From the NCBI RefSeq assembly GCF_009914755.1, contig NC_060932.1: DNA of 64,000 bases; one strand, written 5' to 3'. This document shows positions 13,712 through 31,238 of the stretch, piece by piece. The notes beneath the pieces are model-generated. The model searched no databases. It was given only the letters and a program-made list of their open reading frames with translations, and was not told the DNA's origin. Position 1 is the first letter of the stretch. Each line of letters starts with the position of its first letter. Made by a program: the position numbers and the translations under genes. The DNA comes from the human T2T-CHM13v2.0 reference genome, Homo sapiens.

Positions 13712-14419
13712 CTATCTTTGTCTGGTTGGGTTGCTAAAACAAAATGCTATGAATTGGGTGACTTGTGAACAACAATAATTCAATTTTTCCCAGTTCTAAA
13801 AGCTGGGAAGTCTAAGATCAAGGTGCGAGCCGAGTCAGTTCGTGGTGAGGGCCCACTTCCTGGCTTGTAGATGGCAGCCTTCTCTCTGTGTGCGCACATG
13901 GCCTCTTCTTTGTGTAGCAAAATTATAAGGGGAAGCTGGACTGGTGGCTCATGCCTGGAATCCCAGCACTTTGGGAGGCCTAAGCAGGCAGATCACTTGA
14001 GGTCGGGAGTTTGAGACCAGCCTGGCCAACATGGTGAAACCCCGTATCTACTAATAATACAAAAATTAGCCAGGCATGGTGGCACATGCCTGTAATCTCA
14101 GCTTCTTGCAAGGCTGAGGCAGGAGAATCGCTTGAACCTGGGAGGCGGAGGTTTCAGTGAGCCAAGATTGTGCCACTGCACACCAGCCTGGGTAACAGAG
14201 CGAGACTGTCTCAAAAAAAAAAAGAAGAAAACGTATAAGGGGAGTCCTAGTGTCCTTTCTTTAATTATAGATACAGTAATCCCATGAAAAGAGCTCTACC
14301 CTCATGACCTTCATCTAAATCTACTTATCTCCCAGAGACCCTACATCCCAATACTATCACATGGCAGGTAGGGTTTCAACATATGATTTTGGGGCAACAT
14401 AAACATTCAATTCGTAACA
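13712..14419 (-). mobile_element. MLT1A-type LTR split by an Alu
   Basis: 'gctgggaagtctaagatcaaggtg...ggtttcaacatatgattttggggcaacataaacattcaattcgtaaca'. Confidence 0.85.
13935..14231 (+). mobile_element. AluS
   Basis: Full dimer; TSD-like 'tataagggga' on both sides. Confidence 0.95.
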
Positions 14420-15370
14420 ACACCTTCACATATGATGTATCAAAAGAAGGTATGTGAATAAGTTAGCACTGGTTGTCTCTGTGTAGAAAAACAAAAGTTA
14501 TATGTTTTTGTCCATTTGTATTTGTCTTTAAAAGAGATTTTACTTTTATATAGGAGAACACATGTTATTAGATGTTATAGTTTAATAATTACTTAGAAGT
14601 TGCTTCTCTCTCAGTTTTGCATTGAGGTATGAAACATTCTCTCTGAATTCCAGAACAAAGTACTTACAACAAGCACCTTCTTTTAAAGTAGGTGAAGTGA
14701 TACTGTGGCATTCAAATCCACACTGTGTTGGCTGTGGCCTTTAGGGGAATTACAAACCAACTGAGCTAAGCTTTCATCCCAGGCGGGGAAGTTTCCTTCA
14801 TATGTGCAGAGCATAATTATTGAATGCCCTTGCCATCCATTATTTCAGGTTCACTCCAGGACAAAGCATAATTCATCCCCTCTCCTATTAAAGAACAAGC
14901 AGAAGAGGCTCCTGGGAATTGCAATTAAGAGCAGCATAAATCAAACTGGAAAATTGCCCACAATTTCAACCATTTTGTTCAGATACTTTCCCCATCTCTC
15001 ATTTTTGCCTGCTTTTTCTTAATTCTATTTGTTTTTGTTAACACCAGATTCAATTATGGAGGGATGCTTTATCTTTCTTTTATGAATGTAATAAAAGAAA
15101 AGAGAAAAGCTATAGAGCTAAAAAAAAGCTGCATTAGGAGCCCACATATACCTAAAGAAAAAGACAAGCAATGAGGAAGTTTTCACAGAGGACAACAGCA
15201 GAGATGGCTGAAGCTATTCCCCAAAGGTTGCCAATCTCTATGGTGTTATTGGTGTCACCTCAGAGGTTATTGATTTTCCTAGACACTAAGACACATGAGC
15301 TCAGTACACAAAAAGTAGAAGTCTCATTTGGTATTGATTAAGTCTACTTGATATCAAAATAACCATTTAC

Positions 15371-15477
15371 ACTTTGGGAGGCTGAGGCAGGCAGATGGCT
15401 TGAGTTTAGGAGTTCAAGACCAGCCTGGGCAACGTGGCAAAACTTCATCTCTACAAACAATAAAGAAACAAAAAAAC
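15371..15477 (+). mobile_element. Alu left-monomer fragment
   Basis: 'actttgggaggctgaggcaggcagatggcttgag...cagcctgggcaacgtggc'. Confidence 0.85.
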
Positions 15478-15933
15478 CATATAAATTATTAGAGAATGTA
15501 ACTCAGCTCTGTGCACAAAACCCAATCCAACTAGTTTTGGGATCTCGACCTTCTGTATCCTATGTTCAGTAATTTTATTTAAGAACTTGGATCTCATGCT
15601 TACAGGATGGAAACCAAAGGCCATTTTCCCAAGAGGATCATTTTCTATGTTTTAAAGTCCTCTGTTAATACCTGAGCAGTCATTACATTTCTCCCTGGCT
15701 GAAGACCAAAGAAAAAAGAGGAAATCTAAGCGTTTCACTTCTCCATCAGTAGCACTGGGAATGTGTTGACATAGAATTTAGATCTTTTAGTTGTGACAAG
15801 TCTCATCACATGGAGACCTGGAGTTTTCAGGTTTCCCTTTCCTGAGGTGGAGTCTTCATGCAAAGTAAACAGGATCAGAAAATTATAAATGGTTTCTGTG
15901 TCCTAGAGAATCAGGCCCAGTCTTCTCGCCTAG

Positions 15934-16445
<512 letters not shown>

Positions 16446-16884
16446 GCCGTATCATTTTTTTTGATCATTCTAGTTTACACAATTCCCTTATTATTCAGAA
16501 CCATGAAAAATTGTATTTGGGGGTTCATTACTCAGAACAGAATTATTTATTTATTAATTATCTGATTTATTTATTAATCTAAGAAAATGATATGAGCCCC
16601 TACTGTCTGCTATGCTCAAAAGTGGATGCAAAAATGAAAAAGATGTAAATCTTCTCCTCAAGAAGTTTGGAGTCTCACTAAGGAAAGAGGAAAAGACAGA
16701 AAAAGGTATAAAGTAGTGTGGGGGTTTATAGGAAGAAGACTTGAGTTTTTTAGGGAATGGGAGGGGCCAAAGATAAATCAGTGGAAGAAAATATGACATC
16801 ACGACTTTGGGATTTTTATCATGACTCCGCAGCTATCCAGCTACAAGGTATGCCACTTGATGTTTATTTGTGAACTTCTCAGTG

Positions 16885-18510
16885 CTAGCTAGAAAGTAGC
16901 ACTTTTATTGTAAAATATAATACACACAGAGAAGAGTACATAAAATGGAACCACATGGCTTAATGAACTATTGAGGTGAACATCTATGTAACTACCACCT
17001 GGGACAAGTAATTGAATGTTCCTAGCCACCCAAAGGCTCCTACATGCCCCTTCTAGATCATGTTAGTCAGGATTTTCTAGAGAAACAGAACCTATAGGAC
17101 ACACGCACACACGCACACACACACATGCACACACACATGCACACACACACACAGATCAAGAATAAAAAGAATTGGCTCATGTGATTGTGTAGGCTGGCAA
17201 CTCTGGAATCTGCAAATAGGCGTGCAGGTTGGAGACTGGTGGAAGAATGCCGCTAGAGTCTGAAGGCAATCTGGAGGCAGAATTCTCTCATCTTCTGGGA
17301 ACTTCAGTCTTTTTTTTCTTAATGCCTTCAAATGATTGGATGAAGCCCTCCCACATTATGGAAGAGAATCTGGTGCACTCAAAGTCTACTGCTATAAATG
17401 TCAGTCACATCTGAAAATAGCCTTCACAGCAACACTTAGAATTGTATTTGACCAAATATCTGGGAACTTTGTGGCCTAGCCAAGTTGACCATAAAATTAA
17501 CCATCACAGAGATCACAATTCCTTCCCTTCTTTCTTTGTTTTGCTTGATGTTTTCTTGAAACATTTTTTTTTTTACTTTTTAATTTTTGTGGGTACATTG
17601 TAGGTAGATATATTTACGGGGTACACGAGGTATTTTGGTACAGGCATGCCATGGGTAATAATCACATCTTGGAAAGTTGGGTATCTATTCACTCAAATAT
17701 TTATCCTTTGTGTTACAAACAATCCAAGTATACTCTTTGTTATTTTAAAATATACAATTAAATTATTATTGGCTATAGTCCCTCTGTTCTGCTTTCAAAT
17801 ACTAGGTCTTATTCATTTTTCTAGCTATTTTTTGTGCCCATGCTTTATAGTTTTATCACCTATGTATGCATCCCTAAAATTTGCTTAACTTTTCCTGATT
17901 TTGACCTTTATATAAATATAATTATTCAGAGTAAATATTTTTGTGTCTGGTTTGTTTTGTTGAACATTTACTTTTTTTTTTAACTCTTTAAAGTTTGGGG
18001 GTACATGTGCAATTTGTTATATAGGTAAACATGTGTCATGAGGGCTTGTTGTACAGATCATTTCATCACCCAGGTATTAAGCCTAGTACCCATTAGTTAT
18101 TTTTCTTGATCCTCTCCCTGCTCCCAGCCACCCCCCTCTAGTAGGCTCCAGTGTCTGTTTGAACGTTTAGTTTTTAAGATTCATCCATGTTGCTGTATGT
18201 AACAGTAGTTCCTTCATTTTCATTGCTGTATAATATTCCATTGAATGAGCACACCACAGTTTATCCATTTTTTTTGGCCAGTCTATCTATTCTTCTGTGG
18301 GCATTTTGTTTTCACTTTTGTTCTATCCAACCGTAATGCTACTCTGACCATATCTTAGAGTGCATAAACATGCATTTCTGTCCAGTAATTACTTAGGAAT
18401 AGAATTGTTAAGTTATAGGGAGTCTGCATCTAAAACTTGGTGAGATAATGACAGACTATTTTCCAAAATAATGGGATCCATTTACTGTCTCACTGGTGGT
18501 ATGTGAGAGT
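16885..18510 (-). mobile_element. Nested cluster: old L1ME host containing an MLT2 LTR, an L1MA 3' end (~17565-17840) and an L1PA 3' end (~17975-18160)
   Basis: L1MA end 'ttttaatttttgtgggtacattgtagg'; L1PA end 'ggggtacatgtgca...catcacccaggtattaagcctagtaccc'. Confidence 0.8.
17061..17508 (-). mobile_element. MLT2 (ERVL) solo LTR with a (CA)n tract at 17099-17152
   Basis: 'tgttagtcaggattttctagagaaacagaacc...gccaagttgaccataaaattaaccatcaca'. Confidence 0.9.
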
Positions 18511-19519
18511 TCATCTTCCTCTCTCTTCTCCTTTTCCTTTTCCTCCCCCTCCTGTTTGCTCACTTGTCCACCGTGAGTCACATACTGTACCCTCTTACAT
18601 ACTTTATTTCATCTCAAGCAGTAGTGATATTTTTATAATAGATGGTCAGTAAATATATTGTCAAACCGATTGAGAGACTGAATTAGTGACTCGAATATTT
18701 TTCATGTCCATTAGGGTGGTAGCTTGAAATAAATAAAATATCATCATGCATCCCCATTATTTTGGGGAACGTGAACATTTTCAGGCAGATTTTAATTCTG
18801 CTTGAGAACTGCCTAAGAGAATTGCATATGTGTGACAGTGCATGTGTATGTGTTTGTGGGACAAAGTGTGTGCAGCACTAGGTCACGTCCTGTGCCCGGG
18901 GCACTCCCATCCCTAGTTTATGGAATGATAACAGAGACACCACCATCATCTGCAGTGCCCCTTCATCCACCTCTCCTCTCAGCTTCTGAGGCTCCTTCTT
19001 CCTTATTGCACAGATCCCATCTGCAGTAAAGCCAGGCTCCTGCTCTCCCCAAGAAGTGCTGCAAAATTTTCCATGTTCTGGAACTCTCTTGGTTCTGCAT
19101 TTATCCACTTACTTCTCTTTAATTCATCTTGTATCCCACTCTTTCTGGGCCTTGATCTGCACTAATTAATCTGATGAACAATTTGGGTTCCAGTGCTTTG
19201 CTTGAGTCTTAAAACTCTTCTACAATGATTTAAAAGAAATATGGTCACATATAGGAATTTTTTTGTTAGTGGAGATTTCCAGTTTTTTCTTATTTCCTGA
19301 GCACTCATGATGTTAGTTACTGTTGATTAAACTGCTGTAATTTCCATAGAGTAAATGACAGCAAGAAGATTGGCCAATAATTCCATCCTGTATTTTAGGT
19401 ATTCTTGAGAATGACAGAGAGAAAAATATGTAAATAAATGCAATATTTCATAAAATGAGAAAAAAGCACAGACCACAAATGAACATGGGTACAACGTTCA
19501 GGGGTTTCAAACATATTAA

Positions 19520-19914
<395 letters not shown>

Positions 19915-20338
19915 TAGGTCTTGTAATTCTAAATCCACCCTCCATTTAATATTCCTTATCTTAGCAAGAAAATGTGAAGAAATAACATTACACTATTGTG
20001 ATTGTTGAGAAGTAAAGAATTAGAATTAAGGATTTAATTTTTTTGTTTATTCTCAGTGTCGGCTGCTTTACATACGTTTCTTATTGTCACTCAAGCCCTC
20101 ACAATAACCATGTGAAGGAAGTCTTATTAGCCTCACTCTGTTTTTTATTTTCCTTCATAAACACATTTAATGACTGGTCATGTACTGCATATTGCATATT
20201 AAGAGAATTTCTAGTAAGACATGCAGAGACTAATGCTAGACCAAGTCTTGCTCAGCCCAATTCTAGTTTATTATATTATTATTTTTGTTGGATCCCAGGT
20301 GCACAGAATTGGGTTAATCATAATCTAGAATCATATTC

Positions 20339-20813
<475 letters not shown>

Positions 20814-21061
20814 TGAGGTAGCCCCCGTGCTGGATCCTGTGTCCATCATTTGCTTGTGTTCCTTTTTATATCATCTCACTGTTTATAATGAATGTTATTT
20901 TGCTAAGATTCATCCATATTGTAGGTTGCTATAGTTCATTGATTTTATCTTCTGTTATATTCCATTGTGCAACTATGTCAAAGTTGATACACTCTCTAGT
21001 TGGTGAGCATTTGGGTTATGTCCAGGATTTTACTTTTGTGATGGTATTGCTATGCACATTG

Positions 21062-21062
<1 letters not shown>

Positions 21063-21095
<33 letters not shown>
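21063..21095. repeat. (TG)n microsatellite within an old L1ME
   Basis: About 16 uninterrupted TG units. Confidence 0.95.
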
Positions 21096-21098
<3 letters not shown>

Positions 21099-21283
21099 GT
21101 ATTGCTTGTGTTTATCTCTTGTACATGAGTACATCTTCTCTTGTATATATTTCTAGGAGTTGAATTTCTGAGTAGTCACAGGTTATATAAATGTGCAACT
21201 ATAAAAGAAATGCATCCAACAGTTTTTCAATGTAGTTGCACGCATTTATACATCTAGGACTGATTTATAAAAAGTTCTATGGC

Positions 21284-21388
21284 AATCGCTTGAACCTGGG
21301 AGGTGGAGGTTGCAGTGAGCCAAGATTGCTCCACTGCACTCCAGCTTGGGAAACAGAGTGAGACTTCATCTTAAAAAAAAAAAAAAAA
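21284..21388 (+). mobile_element. 5'-truncated Alu (right-arm end)
   Basis: 'aatcgcttgaacctgggaggtggaggttgcagtgagcc' plus poly-A; TSD-like 'tctatggc'. Confidence 0.9.
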
Positions 21389-21613
21389 TCTATGGCTCCA
21401 CATGCTGTCCAACACTTGCTATTGTAAAACTTCTATATATTTTTTTCTCACCAAATTGGTGTCAGTGGCATCTTATTGTATGGTTTAGATTTCCCTGAAC
21501 AGGATGATGTTGAACATCTCTGCGTGTTTATTGGTTCTGGGTATTTCCTCTGAGGTGAAGTTTCTCTTCACTTTCATTTTACAGAGGGGGAAACTTAGGC
21601 TTAAAGAGGGTAA

Positions 21614-21882
21614 GGCCAGGTACAGTGGCTCGTGCCTGTAATCCCAGCACTTTGGGAAGCTGAGCAGGTGGATTGCTTGATCCCAGGAGTTTGAAACCAG
21701 ACTGGGCAACACAGTGAGATCGTGTCTCCAGAAAAAATTAAAAAATTAAGTGGGCACGGTGGCACATGCCTGTAGTCTCAGCTACTGGGGAGGGTGAGGT
21801 GGGAGGGGAGTCGAGTCTGCAGTGAGCCATGTTTGTGCCACTGGACTCCAGCTGGGGTGACAGAGTGAGACCTTGTCTACAC

Positions 21883-21930
<48 letters not shown>
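21614..21930 (+). mobile_element. AluJ with a (TAA)n tail, inserted in a MIR
   Basis: Alu dimer; tail is (TAA)n at 21884-21925; MIR core continues on both sides. Confidence 0.9.
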
Positions 21931-22051
21931 ATCCACTCCCTCTCCCCAAAAAACCAAAACCAAAACCAAAGAGGTTAAGTACCTTGACTGAAGTTACATT
22001 AAGTACCATGTGGTAGACCTGGACTTTAAACTCAGGTCTGTCAGAATATAA

Positions 22052-22393
<342 letters not shown>

Positions 22394-22934
22394 ATGGGAC
22401 TGGTTTTTAAATAAACATATCAGAAGTCACTCACTGAAATAAGTAATTTATCTTAAAGGACCCACTTTAGAAGTCTATCCCATTATTCCCAAAATGAGGT
22501 CATTCTTAGAACAATTTGTAGTTTTTTTTCACAATTTTTACCATTTCAAACTGTCAGTTTATAAGACTTGTAAGAAAAATAAATTAAAATTTTCTCACTT
22601 TCTTTGGAATCCAAATGATAGTTCCCAGATAGTTTATTCGCTTCAGGAACCAGGACCGTTCTGAATAACTATTAGTTGTTTCCAAAAGTCAAACCCACTC
22701 TCTATGGATGGATATTTACTACCACTGAAAATACTGAAAACACATGTGCCTCATGGGCTCATTTCAGTGGTTTTCCAGTTGTGTCCCTTGAGGTGCTAGC
22801 ATTTGTGAACATAACTGAGGGTCCCCATGGGGTAGAAGCAGCTGTGTGCCTCATTTTAACTAGACATTTTCTATTTTCTATATTGGGCTTGCATATATTA
22901 TTTATTTTGGAGGAAAAGGAGTTGCTAAAAATCA

Positions 22935-23180
22935 ATTTATGAGATGACTTTCTTGAATCCTTCAGCCCCTTCCAGCACTTTCTCCCACTCCTCTGCTTGA
23001 TGTCTCTTCATAGCATTTATCCACCTAATGCATTTCTTTGGCTGCTCATCAACTCTGTACCCACTAGAATATTACCTCTGTGAGTGGGGAGCTTTGTTTT
23101 GCTGTTGCAACCTCACACCTAGAAGGGTGCCAACATAGAGTAGATGTGTAAGAGGTATTCAGTGAAAGAAAGAATGAAAG
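22935..23180. mobile_element. L2 3' end fragment
   Basis: 'cacctagaagggtgccaacatagagtagatg...tgaaagaaagaatgaa' L2 terminus. Confidence 0.65.
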
Positions 23181-23739
23181 ATGTACTGAGTTGCCATTGC
23201 TTTTTGAAGCAGTGAGGGGGCTCTTCCACACCCTCATGTCATCTTTGCCAGTTGTTCTGCCTCTACTCACAGGTAGTAAGAGGAAGAGGGATGGTGGCAA
23301 GGGAGATTTCACCATAAGACCTTTAACCCACCCCCAACCCCGCCCCCTCTAGATTAAGCATTCTCTGTGGGAGTCAGAGACTAAAAGAACTCGATAGCAG
23401 TACATTTTGGGGATTGTAGTTTTATATGTTCTCCATCTATTCCCGCTATCAGAGAGCCAGGTGCTGGAAATAAAATTTTGATGACATTTTAGCTTAACAG
23501 AATCACATCGGATAAAAGCTTCCTAGACATGGAAATTGATCCAGAAGCTGAATATATCAACTCCTCACCAGCTGCATATTTGAGAATAAAATTCAGCCAG
23601 TACCCCAGTGGAGAGAGTTCAGGGACAAGGACAGTCCACACACCTTAAATCTTAGTAAACATTGAGTCCAGTTGGATATCTTCTCTTTATTGAATAAGTC
23701 AATAGCAAATATTTCATCATGGGGCTTATGAAATCCTAC

Positions 23740-24290
23740 TGCAAAAGATGGGAAAGAAAACATCCTCCTGAAGATTCTGATGGAGAGGAAAATCTGAAAC
23801 AACCTGCTGCAGAAGTAGAACATTTCAGGAAGTAATTTGCATAATAGGATGCAAGAAGACATGGCTTTAGTGACAAAGGGATAGAAATTTATAATGGGAA
23901 AACATGCTGCAATGAAAATCTAAGAGGATAAGACAAAAAGACAGGTGGATAAATTAAGGAATTACTGCAAAGAAATTAAAATGCAACAGCTGAATTACAA
24001 GCCACCCTGAAGGCAGATTGGACACGAAAACAATGGAACCACTGAAGTGGAGAACACATGTGCTAATCTCTTCTGGAATGCAGAGAAAAAGTACAAGGAC
24101 TTTTAACCATGACGATGTGGGATTGGATAATAGCTATCGAGGATAGCAAAGTGAGAGTCAAGCTCAGAAATTTGGATATTCCCAAGGAGGAAACAAAACA
24201 ACGGAAATGGAAGCAATCATCAACGATTTGAACTAACTCTCCTAAATTTGTTCCAAAGAGGATGTATTTATTATATTTGAGGAAAAATCA
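23740..24290 (+). mobile_element. Ancient L1/HAL1 ORF1-region fragment
   Basis: A/G-rich tract with 'gaatgcagagaaaaag' and 'gaggatagcaaagtgagagtcaagctcagaaatttggatattccc', resembling decayed ORF1. Confidence 0.5.
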
Positions 24291-24472
24291 GTGAAATGTC
24301 TCCCTCCCTCTCCTTATGGTTCTTATGTTTGGAGCAGTGTGATGGAGTGAGGTCCATGTGCTGAGGGTCTCAGGTGGTACCATCTTGGAAGAGGAGTGCA
24401 TCATAGACAAGGAATGTGAGCCGACCACATTCTCTGTAGTCTTTCTAGAAGGTCCAGTTCAATGGCTTCTTG

Positions 24473-24771
24473 TTTCTTTCTTCCTTTTTTTTTTTTTTTT
24501 AGAGACAGTGTCTCTCTGTCACCCAGGCTGGAGTGCAGTGGTGCGATCATGGGTCACTGCAGACTGGAACTCCTGGACTCAAGTGATCCTCCTGCCTCAG
24601 CCTCCTGGACTACAGGCATGTACCACCATGCCCAGCTAATTTTTAAATTATTTGTATTTTTTTTGTAGAGATGGGGCCTCACTTTGTTGTCTAGGCTTGT
24701 CTGGACAAGTGATCCTCCCACCTCAGCCTCCAAAATGCTGGGATTACAGGTGTGAACCACAACACCCAGCC
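24473..24771 (-). mobile_element. AluJ with internal deletions
   Basis: Reverse Alu lacking parts of both arms. Confidence 0.9.
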
Positions 24772-24847
24772 AGTGTCTTCTTGTTACCTTTAAACTGCTA
24801 CAGTTTAGTCCTACCTAAAATTCAGTCGCTATGAATTTTAAGAATCA

Positions 24848-25275
24848 TAGGGTTCTCCAGAGAAATGGAAGCACAAAGTTATGGCTTTATCTATATCATT
24901 TATATTATAAGGAATCGACTCATGACATAATAGGAATTGTCAACTGCCAAGATCTGCAGGGTGAGTTGGCAGGCTGGAGACCCAGGAGAGCCAGTGGTGT
25001 AGTTCCAGTGTGAAGGTCAGCAGGACTAAGACCCCATGTTTCATTTTGTATCTGAAGGCAGGAAACAGCTGATGTCCCAGTGAAGGGTCAGGCTTTTGGC
25101 TCTATTTAGGCCTTCAACTGATTGGACAAGACCCACCCACATTAGCAAAGGCAATTTAATTTACTTAGTTTCCTGATTCAAATGCTAATGTCATCCACCC
25201 TCACAGTGATACCCAGAATAATGTTTGGGCACCCTGGGGTCCAACCAAGGTGACACATAAAATTAGCTATCATAG
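24848..25275 (-). mobile_element. MLT2B-type LTR
   Basis: 'agggttctccagaga...ggccttcaactgattggacaagacccacccacatt...caaggtgacacataaaattagctatcata'. Confidence 0.85.
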
Positions 25276-25404
25276 AGCCCTTTCCTGTCTCTGATCACAT
25301 ATGCCAATTCTTAATGCCTTTAATCTTCTGTGCTTGGGTGAGGGAAGGGACCAGAGTGAATTTGAAATAGCTTAGAAACACAGGGCCCAGGTCTCCTCTA
25401 TGTC

Positions 25405-25615
25405 TCAGTGGCTATGAATTTTAAGAATCATAGGGTCCTCCAGAGACATGGAAGCACACATTTGTGATTTTCTCTATATGATATATTATAAGGAATTGGC
25501 CCACGACATAATGGAAATTGACAAGTCCCAAGATCTGCAGGGTGAGTCGACAGGCTGGAGACCCAGGAGAGCCAGGGGTATAATTCCAGCCTGGGGGCTG
25601 GCAGGCTCAAGACCC
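25405..25615 (-). repeat. Second partial MLT2B copy sharing the flank of 24822-25035
   Basis: Both copies start 'tcagtNgctatgaattttaagaatcatagggtNctccagaga'. Confidence 0.85.
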
Positions 25616-25814
25616 TGGGAATTGGCAGGGCTTCTGAGACACTGTTCATAAAGAAAAGCATCCCTTGGAGAATCAAATCATAAAAACCCACCTCCCTTCC
25701 AGACTCTGGCAGGTGGGCCCCGACTGATAGAGTTTGCCTCTGGGAAGTGTGGGCTGAGCTTCTGACACAGCAGCAACATTCAGGTCAAACACACAACACT
25801 GGCATAGACACCTG

Positions 25815-25935
25815 TTACTTAGCCTTGACTGCATGCTGAAACTCCTGAGGAGCCTCCGAAAATACAGATACCGGGGTCCCACCCAGAAATTCTGGATTAA
25901 TTAGTCTAGATATGGCCTGGACATTGGAATTTAAA
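25815..25935. mobile_element. MER5-like hAT MITE fragment
   Basis: 'aaaatacagataccggggtcccacccagaaattctggattaattagtctag'. Confidence 0.65.
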
Positions 25936-26498
25936 ATAATTATAAACAGTAGTATTCACTTTTGTGAATGTCTATACATTTTATCATATGCACCGATTCA
26001 TGTAACACCTGCCACAAACAGGATGCAGAACAATCCCAAGACTCCAAAGTTTTCCCCAGTGCTGACCCTTGGAGCCATTGTAGCTTGTTTCTTCAATAAC
26101 ATGAGGGCTGCTGCTTTCTTAACTGAACAAGAAGGAACATTGGATCAAGACCCAAGGACATTCCAACAGTAGATCCAGAAAGGCGACCCAGTGTGGAAAG
26201 AAGATAAATCATTTTTTAAAGAAAAACAGGTAATGCAAATGATTGAAAAGCTAGTCCAGATAGAAAATATCCTAAAATGGGAGTGTTCTATGAGTTTAAA
26301 AATAGGGAACAAGACTTTCTTGGCAGAGAGCAACATCCTATGACATGCCAGAGCCTCTAATGGCCGTACTTAAGGGTTTGCACATAGGGGAGGAAATAAG
26401 ACACCATTCATTCAGTCCAAATGAGTTAAATTATGATTGCTGCCAGATGTCCCTAGGCAAAAACAGGATTTCAAGCAAATGAAGGCTGTCTCTCTCTG

Positions 26499-26530
<32 letters not shown>

Positions 26531-27353
26531 GTAAAATCATCTCTGAACTAAGACTATTATTACAACAGCAGGATTCTAATTAAGGTGCTGTCGACCACAG
26601 AGCCAATTCACCATGGGGGGTTCTCAGAAAGCTTTGAGGGTAAAATTTATGGGACTTTATGGCATTCCTCTGTGTCAGGGCTTGGGGAAAGTTTCTCTTG
26701 GACAAATGACAGCCTCATCTCTCTCTTTTGGGAGCTGATTGTGAAGACAGGATTCTCTTCCTTCCCAGGATATGCCCCCCTCTTCCATCTCCTCAGTGCA
26801 TATCCTTCTCTTGCTACCAACCCCAGCCCACAGGCAGCACCAGGAAGAGTGCTGAAATTAGGCATGAGTGGAGGATAATTGCTAGAAAGTCACTGGAGCT
26901 CATCAGTGTCCACAGCGCCATATGCAAATGCATTTCGGGACAAGATTCATAGTTGAGTATTCTCTAATGGAAGTAGAAGCCTCTCTGGGTAATACTAGGA
27001 GGCCAGCAATATGAAAACTAAGCTTCATAATTTAATTTAACTGCCTCTTTTGGACTGCAGAATGCATCAGGGAATTCTGCAATATTACAGTTTTGGGCTC
27101 ACCTAAAAATAGCCAGACTGGGGACCTGAGACTGCACAAGTATCTTTCTGGCTATGGGGTGCTCGGCTACTTAGCCACCCACATTGTCAGTGGTAGGCTT
27201 GGGCAGGTACAGATTCTGTTCAACAGGCCGAGACTAATGTTTTTCCTACTCTCTGAGATCTGCAAACTTGTGTATCAAGAAGCAAGAGAGATTGCAGTCC
27301 TAAATGTCCATGATCGATCAAGGTAAAGGAACCGAGATCAAAAGCCAGAGCAA

Positions 27354-27689
<336 letters not shown>

Positions 27690-28430
27690 CTAAAACAGGG
27701 TTTGGTGTTCTCAGTTCTGGCACTTTTGGCGTTTTAAGTAGGACTCTCCCTCAGATTGCAAGATATTAGCATACTTGGATCCATGTCCTAAATGCAAATA
27801 GAAGCTCCTCCCAGTCCTTTTGACAGCTCAAACCTAACAAACCAAACAACCCCATTCAATCAACCAACCAGCCGCTCCACCAACCAACCAGACAAATTCT
27901 GCACCCATATGTTTCCAAAATGCCTTGGTTGGGAATTACTGAATAACAGAGAATTTCTGGGAAGGAAGACTTACAGGGAATGACCCAAAGTGATGATGGG
28001 CTTGGGTATCACATCTTCTTACAGGGAAAGTAAACATTTTTACTCATTAGAAATGTTGTATGTTCATTACAAAAATTTAAGCGATACAGGAGTGCATGAA
28101 GCAAAAATATCTGTAATTCCCCCAATAACCACATTTGTAACTATAAACAGTGAAAGACATATCTATATTTGAACTCAACAATATCATTTCAAGGACTTAC
28201 CCTACAGAAATAGTATCACTATTTTGTAATGACAGATGTGTAAGACCATTTGTTTCAGACTGGCTTATAATAGCAAAACAGTGGAGACAACCAAAATGTC
28301 CGTTTATAGGGAAGTCATTGAATAAGTTATGGTGTGTGCATGGAATAAACACAGTGTGGCCATTATAAGTGGCCAAAGTTGATGTTCACATCTAAAAATT
28401 TATCCTTCATCTATTATTAAATGGAAAAGC

Positions 28431-28986
<556 letters not shown>

Positions 28987-29194
28987 TCATTATTTGTGAT
29001 TAAAAATATTGTTAATAATATTAATGTTTTTGTTAAATTATGTAATAGCACAGTAAGATGAATTTGTTATAAAGCAAAGTTGAACACAAGTGCTTAGCAC
29101 ATAGTAGATACTCAGTGACGTTTATTCAGTAAGTTAGAAACAGCAGAAATCAAGCTGTGCATTTTACCTGGGGCTCTTAAAAAAGTGACTTTTT

Positions 29195-30172
<978 letters not shown>

Positions 30173-30189
30173 TTAAGTATAATTATATT

Positions 30190-30768
30190 CCCCAGTGGAT
30201 GTCTGAGACTGGATAGTACTGAACCTTATATACATATTATGGTGAATTTCTTTTTCCTTCTTCACAATTTCATGGATAGAAGATTCGTTCTTCCTGTGGG
30301 TCTTAGCAACCTCAGTAGATGATTTTTTTTCTTTTCCTGTGAAGTAGAGAACTTTCACCTTTGCCCTTAAAGGAAGCATTTTATGGCTTCTGTTTGGCAT
30401 ATCCAAATTTACAGCATCACTACTTTGATGCTTTGGGGACACAGGAGCACAAAACAAGTGTAAAATGAGGGTGATTTGACCATGAGCACTATAATGCTGT
30501 GACGGTGGTTTCGATAACCTGGACGGCTCCTAAGTGACTGACGGGGTGCACGTACAGTGTGGATACGCTGGACAAAGCAACAATTCACATCCCAGCAGGA
30601 TAGAGTGGGACAGGGCAAGATTTTGTGATGTTAATCAGAATGTTGTGAAGTTAAAAAGTTATAAATTTTTTATTTCTGGAATTTTTCATTTAATATTTTC
30701 AGACTGAGGTTGACAGTGGGTAACTGAAACCATGGAAAATAAATACACAGATAAGGGAGATGTTATTG
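30190..30768 (-). mobile_element. MER44 (Tigger7 deletion derivative) with transposase N-terminal HTH remnant
   Basis: ORF 30173-30457 contains 'MPNRSHKMLPLRAKVKVL...KEKKSSTEVAKTHRKNESSIHEIVKKEKEI', a Tigger/CENP-B-type HTH; TA at 30769. Confidence 0.9.
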
Positions 30769-30943
30769 TATTTTTAAAATGAGAATTTATAATATATATT
30801 TTTTTCATAAATTGGATTATATTATATGTATTCTCAGGCAATTTATTTTTCCACTTAATATGTATTAGCTATCCTTTCATGATACAGGGATATCGCCTTT
30901 AAAAAATAGTTACATAGCATTTCATAGAAACGCTGTATCATAA

Positions 30944-31238
<295 letters not shown>

